32,000 nucleotides of DNA from Pseudomonas sp. FeN3W (GTDB lineage: Bacteria > Pseudomonadota > Gammaproteobacteria > Pseudomonadales > Pseudomonadaceae). Each line of letters starts with the position of its first letter. Position 1 is the stretch's first letter. The notes beneath the pieces are model-generated. The model ran no database searches, had not been told where the DNA came from, and saw only the letters and a program-made list of their open reading frames with translations. Where the stretch lies: contig CP136011.1 of NCBI GenBank assembly GCA_030263805.2, positions 349,934-381,933 of the forward strand. The letters run 5' to 3'. This document shows, in pieces, positions 26,835-32,000 of this stretch. A program made the position numbers and the translations under genes.

Positions 26835-27212
26835 ATGAGCAAGCATCCACTCTCTCCAAAATTTAGCAAGAAGCAAGCTGGCGAAAAAATGGGCGAATCG
26901 CCGCTGTGGCAGAATTTTGCGCTTCGGATCCAGCATCATCCAGATATCAAGCAATCATTGATCATCCTGCAACAGGGCAAATGCCCTTTGTGCCAGATGC
27001 CTGTTGTGCATACTGACACCGTCCATCATTTAAGCTACTTGTCTAAATGTATTACAGAAGAGGTAGTTTCGTTTCCAACCCCCACGCAAAAACGACCCAG
27101 CAAGACCAGTAAGGCACCACCCTGCTCAGGATGTCCTGAGCAGCAGCGATGCCTGAGACTGCTGGCACTTGTCCATGATCGTTGTCACTACAAGATTCAC
27201 GCGAATGACTAA
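26835..27212 (+). CDS. HNH-like (beta-beta-alpha-Me) endonuclease candidate
   Basis: CPLCQMPVVHTDTVHH ... CSGCPEQQRC ... LVHDRCHYKIH gives two Cys pairs plus His-His and the H..CH...H tail typical of HNH. No SD at ATG 26835, and the ORF is open from 26796. Confidence 0.5.
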   Translation: MSKHPLSPKFSKKQAGEKMGESPLWQNFALRIQHHPDIKQSLIILQQGKCPLCQMPVVHTDTVHHLSYLSKCITEEVVSFPTPTQKRPSKTSKAPPCSGCPEQQRCLRLLALVHDRCHYKIHAND

Positions 27213-27214
27213 GG

Positions 27215-27862
27215 TTAGGCGATGAACTGAATTACGCGTGACATTTTTTCATTAATTACATTGAAGACGTCATTTATCACCTGATCCAATGATTTAGATG
27301 CATCAATAATCCGATAGTCATCCGGGTTCTCCCTCGCCTGCGCAAGAAACCCCTCCCGAGCCCTTGCATGAAAATCCAGCTCAGCCAACTCCACTCTTTC
27401 GAGCTTCTCGCCTCGCGATTTGACGCGCTGTGCACCCACTTCAGGATCAATATCAAGAATAATTGTCAAATCAGGCTTGAAGCCACCAAGCGCTATTGCA
27501 TTTAGCGATTTGATCAAGTGAAGTGAAATCCCCCTCCCGTAATGTTGAAAACTCACGCCCGATGCTGCGAAACGATCACAAATCACGACCTTTCCTGCCT
27601 CTATGGCTGGAATGATAAGCTGCCTCACATGCTGAGCTCTCGAAGCCGCAAAGATCATTGCCTCAGTGACATCATGCATTTCAGGTGTGTCAGGAGACAG
27701 CACAATCTCTCTTAGCTTTTCACCAATAACCGTTCCTCCTGGCTCTCGACTGAATACAACCTGGTGACCATCGGCACTTAGTCGATCCCCAACCATCCTA
27801 ATCACGCTTGATTTTCCAGCGCCATTGCCGCCATCGAAAGCGATCATAAAACCTTTTTTCAT
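27215..27862 (-). CDS. tmk: thymidylate (dTMP) kinase
   Basis: P-loop FDGGNGAGKSS, SREPGGT, DRFAASGVSFQ, and LID region VKSRGEKLERVE. ATG 27862 is preferred. The ORF-track start at 28027 would run through the upstream terminator and gene. Confidence 0.9.
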   Translation of the reverse strand: MKKGFMIAFDGGNGAGKSSVIRMVGDRLSADGHQVVFSREPGGTVIGEKLREIVLSPDTPEMHDVTEAMIFAASRAQHVRQLIIPAIEAGKVVICDRFAASGVSFQHYGRGISLHLIKSLNAIALGGFKPDLTIILDIDPEVGAQRVKSRGEKLERVELAELDFHARAREGFLAQARENPDDYRIIDASKSLDQVINDVFNVINEKMSRVIQFIA

Positions 27863-27898
27863 GTACTTCTCTACTCGTCGATATGCATAGTGAATGAA

Positions 27899-27937
27899 CA
27901 AAAAATCCCGCCTTATGCGGGACTTTTCTTTTTTTGG
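27899..27937 (-). terminator. rho-independent terminator (bidirectional sequence features)
   Basis: TCCCGC (27906-27911) pairs with GCGGGA (27917-27922). It is flanked by an A-run on one side and a T-run on the other, and lies 5 nt beyond the stop of the 27942-28589 gene. Confidence 0.8.
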
Positions 27938-27941
27938 CGAA

Positions 27942-28589
27942 TTAAAGCTGATCAACCACGGCTGGGTCAGCTGACACCAGTACAAGGACGCAATCCTCTT
28001 GCACCGTGTCGCAGGCCTGCTTCTCAACTGCGGGCGCTGGATCAGCCACGAGATCTTCTGCGACGAGCGCGCCTTGAGTTACCTCGACTGATGCTGCCAC
28101 GGGCGACACGCTGGTCTCCTGGCTGTCATGAGTCAGGTCATCATCCTGATCACCTGAATTGGCGTGCCTGATGCCAAGAACATCGAAGAGATCCACCGTC
28201 TCTTTGTCTTTGAGCTCAAACGGCATTTTTCGAACGTGCTCTGAAAGCTGAAGCAGTGCATCTGCAAGCACTTCATTGCTAACAGAGCTCTCGCGAAGGC
28301 CAACAACTGCTGTGAGGCGCGTATTGAGGATTCTTGCGCGAAGTGTGGTGGTCATCGAAGCGTCACGCGTGGTTCTGGCGCTGTCGCGTGAGCAATCGAT
28401 AAGCTCCAGACGCGGCGTGTCTCCGAGAATGACCTTAATCTTCGCATCAGGAACCTGTGACTCAAAGTCTTCAGCCCATTTTGCCATTTCTGCGGTAACC
28501 ACCTCCACAGGAGCCTTTACCGACTGGAGGACGTTGAAAATATTGTTTACGTTCGCCCATAGGGCTTTTTGCTGCTTGTTGAGATTCAT
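27942..28589 (-). CDS. hypothetical protein (215 aa) with an acidic C-terminal third
   Basis: AGGAGA RBS 7 nt upstream of ATG 28589. No motif recognised. Confidence 0.7.
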   Translation of the reverse strand: MNLNKQQKALWANVNNIFNVLQSVKAPVEVVTAEMAKWAEDFESQVPDAKIKVILGDTPRLELIDCSRDSARTTRDASMTTTLRARILNTRLTAVVGLRESSVSNEVLADALLQLSEHVRKMPFELKDKETVDLFDVLGIRHANSGDQDDDLTHDSQETSVSPVAASVEVTQGALVAEDLVADPAPAVEKQACDTVQEDCVLVLVSADPAVVDQL

Positions 28590-28623
28590 GAATTTCTCCT
28601 GTTAGACCAATATGATAACATGG

Positions 28624-28635
28624 TATTGACAGGAT
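28624..28635 (+). promoter_or_regulatory. TATTGACAGGAT motif copy in a minus/minus intergenic gap
   Basis: 12-mer identical to 7855-7866. It is oriented on the + strand, where no ORF follows. It lies 35-46 nt upstream of the minus-strand ATG 28589. Confidence 0.35.
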
Positions 28636-28669
28636 ATTTAGACGCTTTATCGAAAATTTACGATTGCGT

Positions 28670-29314
28670 TCAGCTTTCAATCATCGATTGAGCGTCAATC
28701 GCCCACTCCACGTCGACGCAGCAGGCTGCATCAATACACGCATCTTCAAGCATGATCCGCCCCCCGTTTTCAATCAAATGATTGAACCATTGTTCTCCTG
28801 TGTACGTTAGGGCAATGGTTGAGTACCCTTCACTCAGCATGAATGTCGAGGTTGCCACTCTCTCAAGGTCACTTCCAATCAAGAATTGATCCTCAGGAAG
28901 CGCTCTGACGAGGTTATGATGACGCTCAATGGCTGCTGTCATGCACCCAGGCTTCCACCTCAGGAAAATAGCTTTGGCGTGCGGCTTACCCTTTCCATTG
29001 ACCATTTCGCTCGCCATAAACTGCCAGGCGAAGGATCCTTGCTGCACCTGTACAAGCCATTTGTTGACGCTCTCATCTCCCTGCTTTCGCATGGTTTGAA
29101 GCATGATGCCCGCTGAGCGATCAGCTACTGGCAGGTTGTCCACGAAGATGACAGCAACAAGCCCATGGGGTGTATCGCATAGCCCCGACAACCCAGGCAC
29201 AGACTTCGACGTCAAGACCGATGTGCCTGTAATCAGAGAATAGCTGCTGTCGGTACTAAAGTAGGGTGACAGCATTCCCGCGTAGCTAATGAGTGAAATT
29301 TGATCAATGAGCAT
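28670..29314 (-). CDS. hypothetical protein (214 aa)
   Basis: Starts 17 nt after the patatin stop, so it is probably co-transcribed. No signal peptide or motif recognised. Confidence 0.7.
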   Translation of the reverse strand: MLIDQISLISYAGMLSPYFSTDSSYSLITGTSVLTSKSVPGLSGLCDTPHGLVAVIFVDNLPVADRSAGIMLQTMRKQGDESVNKWLVQVQQGSFAWQFMASEMVNGKGKPHAKAIFLRWKPGCMTAAIERHHNLVRALPEDQFLIGSDLERVATSTFMLSEGYSTIALTYTGEQWFNHLIENGGRIMLEDACIDAACCVDVEWAIDAQSMIES

Positions 29315-29331
29315 GGTGGAAGCTTGACCCC

Positions 29332-31737
29332 CTAAACAGCTTTGAGTGATCTGTCATCATGCGTTTTGTCTTCCCTGTCGTCAATACCACTCATTGGCTT
29401 TTGATGATGAGCTGACGTGCTGGGTAATGATCCGGACAGCAAATCTCCAAAACTCACCTCTTTATCAAACGCATCATTCAATGCTTGAGCCAGGAGCCTC
29501 GCGTCATTCATGGCGAGCGCGGGTATTTGCAACTGGCTTTGCTCACCCATTTTCTCACAGAGCTCGTTTTCGATATTGATCAGACTTGAAAGCCGGTCTT
29601 TTGAGAAGCGCAGATGCCGATCAGAATGATCACTCAGTATGCTCAGGGCGGCCCGTTTTCCAGCGCTTATCAGCACATCCTTTTGATCTGCCGAAAGATG
29701 GAACTGCTCGGTTTTCACCATTCCTGTGTTGACTACACCGGTATTTTCCAAGATCTGCTCAGATGGGAGGGCTGCATTGTATTTATCCATAATGCTCTCA
29801 ACCATCCAGCCAGCTGCCTTGCCAAGTGGCGCGGTCAAAAGTGACTTGATCTGGCTGGCCGCATCACCAATTCTCAGCGACCCAAGGTTTAATCCAAGGC
29901 TGTATAGGAAAATGCCGAATTCAACACTCGCCGTTTTGGCTTTGTTGATGAATCCCTCTGGGTATCGCTCAAGCTCGATGGCCATCTGCTTCTTGGCAAC
30001 CTTGGCCATATCATCAATAGCCAGGCTTTCCATATCTGAGTCTATTGTTGAGAGAACAAACCCTATTGTCTTCTCCTCGGCCAATTTCGGATCGTCACCG
30101 AATTTATCGAGAAATATTGAAAATGGGTTGTTCGCTATCATCCCGCCGTCAAAATGCTTCTTCCCTTTGTAGCGCATGGTGTCGAACACAAATGGCAGGT
30201 TCATGCTGGCGCGAACAGCTGTCTTGACCGGCATATCTACGTAGTCGCCACCGCCAGCCCGCGCAAATACAGGTTTGAAATTTGCATGCTCATCCTTTAT
30301 TTGGTGGGCAGAATCATTCACATCCACTTTCCCGAATAAGGACTTCAATGACCTTACGGCGCTATCATAGGCACGTGGAAACCAGCCTAGCGTCATAATA
30401 TGGCTTTCAGTGATGGCTACCCCAAATTCCTTGAACGATTGATAATTGCTCTCCTGGGCAAGCCCTTGTAGCTCTGTAAAGCTTATGGCCCTCATCTTTT
30501 CCTTTGATGTGAGGGTCTTTGCCATTTCGGATGCCGGGTTTTTTTCAATATAGCGCGAGACAGCAATCTCAATGATGTCGGCAAGGTATGACTCGATCAT
30601 GTCATTCTCAGGATGATACGACTCACGGCAGCACCGCACAGAGGTTGCGCAGGCCTGAAGATACTCGCTTCGCCCTGGCAGGCCTGAGAACTTGATTACA
30701 TCAACCTCATTTACCCTTCCTGATGAAATCAGATGTCGCTCGTATGCATCCTTCGATTCCCTATATAGCGCGTCAAGATTGGCCCCCTGATCCCTCAGAA
30801 GCGAATCAAGCTCAGTGTCCTTAAGCATGATCAAATCGATCCTGGCTATGCCTGTTTCTTTCACCAGCCTTGGCAACATGAATTTTTCAGCAAACTCTGA
30901 CAGATTGAAGCCTTCGAGGTATGGGTGATCTTCTGGCTTGAGTGTGCCTCTCCAGCGATCAATAATTAGCCCAGGCGCGGCCATCAACTTGAATATTTGC
31001 GAACTTTGAGCGAAAAATTGAGCAAATTGACCGTTTCGAACGATTGAGTTTATCTCTTGCGACTCAAATCCCATGGAGACAAGCAGTCCAAGCAGCGCCC
31101 CTGCTGATGTACCTGCCACATATTTAACATTCGACGTGATGCCGGCCTTCGTCAAAATCTCTTCAACCCCTGCATAGCTCATCCCTTTTGCCCCACCACC
31201 CTGAAACGTCAGAATTTCAGGGCAGAACCCACGCCGCTGACGTCTAAACATATTTTCAGCACGGTCAATGGCGCTTGGGATTAGTGATTCGAATTGCTTG
31301 ATTGCCCGCCCAATTTTCTCCACAAGTTTAATGGGTCTATCGGCTGGGTTTAGGGGGTACGCCTTAACCATGTCTTCGAAGCTTCTAATGTGCTCAATGA
31401 CACGGGTGTAGCGCAATCTACTATCAGGGTCGTTGCAAATCGCCTTGGCAATCGCATACGTCGCCTCTCCTCCGACTCTGCGAATAAGCTCAGGGGAGGG
31501 CCTTGGCTGCTCAACAGCCATGAGCATCTGCGTTGTAAAGATCTTGTGAACAACAGGTATCAGATTTTCAGCCCTGATATAGTCACTAGGGTTGTCGCGC
31601 TGTGCTATTGCAGCATTGATTACATCCGGCAAAACCCCTTTGATGACTGCTGCCATTTCATGGATGGCGAGATCCTTTAGAAACTGCGCGCTGGCTTTCT
31701 CGCGCGCCTCTCGCACCTTTGATAACAATGCTCTCAT
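29332..31737 (-). CDS. patatin-like phospholipase A, ExoU/VipD-type, with long N- and C-terminal extensions
   Basis: Oxyanion GGGAKG (180-185), nucleophile elbow G-T-S211-A-G, ASMNLPFVF, and catalytic D530-GG. 801 aa in total. Confidence 0.9.
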   Translation of the reverse strand: MRALLSKVREAREKASAQFLKDLAIHEMAAVIKGVLPDVINAAIAQRDNPSDYIRAENLIPVVHKIFTTQMLMAVEQPRPSPELIRRVGGEATYAIAKAICNDPDSRLRYTRVIEHIRSFEDMVKAYPLNPADRPIKLVEKIGRAIKQFESLIPSAIDRAENMFRRQRRGFCPEILTFQGGGAKGMSYAGVEEILTKAGITSNVKYVAGTSAGALLGLLVSMGFESQEINSIVRNGQFAQFFAQSSQIFKLMAAPGLIIDRWRGTLKPEDHPYLEGFNLSEFAEKFMLPRLVKETGIARIDLIMLKDTELDSLLRDQGANLDALYRESKDAYERHLISSGRVNEVDVIKFSGLPGRSEYLQACATSVRCCRESYHPENDMIESYLADIIEIAVSRYIEKNPASEMAKTLTSKEKMRAISFTELQGLAQESNYQSFKEFGVAITESHIMTLGWFPRAYDSAVRSLKSLFGKVDVNDSAHQIKDEHANFKPVFARAGGGDYVDMPVKTAVRASMNLPFVFDTMRYKGKKHFDGGMIANNPFSIFLDKFGDDPKLAEEKTIGFVLSTIDSDMESLAIDDMAKVAKKQMAIELERYPEGFINKAKTASVEFGIFLYSLGLNLGSLRIGDAASQIKSLLTAPLGKAAGWMVESIMDKYNAALPSEQILENTGVVNTGMVKTEQFHLSADQKDVLISAGKRAALSILSDHSDRHLRFSKDRLSSLINIENELCEKMGEQSQLQIPALAMNDARLLAQALNDAFDKEVSFGDLLSGSLPSTSAHHQKPMSGIDDREDKTHDDRSLKAV

Positions 31738-31753
31738 GGGAATGTCTCGAATT

Positions 31754-31772
31754 TGTCAATATATTTATTATA
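31754..31772 (-). promoter_or_regulatory. perfect TATAAT plus TATATTGACA motif upstream of the patatin gene
   Basis: Minus strand: TATAAT (31772-31767), then AAATATATTGACA (motif at 31763-31754), ending 16 nt before ATG 31737. No SD is visible. Confidence 0.45.
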
Positions 31773-31789
31773 GGAATGGCCGCATCTGG

Positions 31790-31999
31790 TTAAGCAACCA
31801 TAAAAGGTTTGTACCATCCCGAGCGGGTTGCAATTCTGAGCGGCTGAATATCCACTGCCCGAATTTCGATTTGCTCACCCTCATCTGCGTCTGACTCATG
31901 GGGCGTGAACTCAACCACGGCTCCACGCAGGATTGACTGATCTGTGACTCTTACAGAGTCATTGTGGAAAATGGCGTAACCACAGTTTTCTGGTGCCAT
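31790..31999 (-). CDS. small hypothetical ORF at the window edge
   Basis: 69-aa ORF whose ATG is at 31997-31999. Upstream context is outside the window, so the start and the reality of the gene are uncertain. Confidence 0.35.
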   Translation of the reverse strand: MAPENCGYAIFHNDSVRVTDQSILRGAVVEFTPHESDADEGEQIEIRAVDIQPLRIATRSGWYKPFMVA

Positions 32000-32000
32000 T

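Noticed and set aside
28471-28680. 69-aa minus-strand ORF spanning the 28590-28669 intergenic gap.
   Set aside because: It overlaps the well-signalled start (AGGAGA RBS) of the 27942-28589 gene in another frame. Its product is Gly/Arg/Lys-rich junk.
29332-31737. Patatin as a CBASS CapV-type effector.
   Set aside because: No CD-NTase or cyclase gene is nearby. The protein is more than twice the CapV size and has the ExoU/VipD-type GGGAKG motif rather than GGGxRG.

Overview
The window reads as accessory, mobile-replicon DNA from a bacterium with sigma70-type promoters, Shine-Dalgarno sites and rho-independent terminators. It could be a megaplasmid, jumbo phage or genomic island. I saw no rRNA, tRNA or CRISPR array. 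About 36 CDS are supportable and roughly half have no motif I can recognise. Recognisable content: a DEDDh exonuclease divergent from a Suv3-like helicase with a long unknown N-terminus; two TerD-domain genes; an Hsp20/IbpA-like chaperone; an AT-rich candidate 2OG-Fe(II) oxygenase; a DHH/DHHA1 phosphoesterase; a GC-rich IS607-family element (serine-recombinase tnpA plus an atypical 555-aa tnpB) inserted between convergent genes; a full-length NAD-dependent ligA; an FCP1/NIF-type phosphatase; a lipoprotein / UbiA-family (DPPR-synthase-like) / YfbR-like HD operon; a translationally coupled four-gene operon centred on a GHKL-ATPase fused to a SprT/YgjP-like zincin; an HNH-like gene; tmk; and an 801-aa ExoU/VipD-type patatin phospholipase with two downstream ORFans. 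Best novelty candidates, in order: the GHKL-zincin operon, the Suv3-like helicase/exonuclease pair, the UbiA/HD/NIF cluster, the zinc-finger-less TnpB, and two over-represented promoter-proximal motifs (TATATTGACA and ATTGACAGGAT). All functional calls rest on motifs read by eye; no database search was possible.
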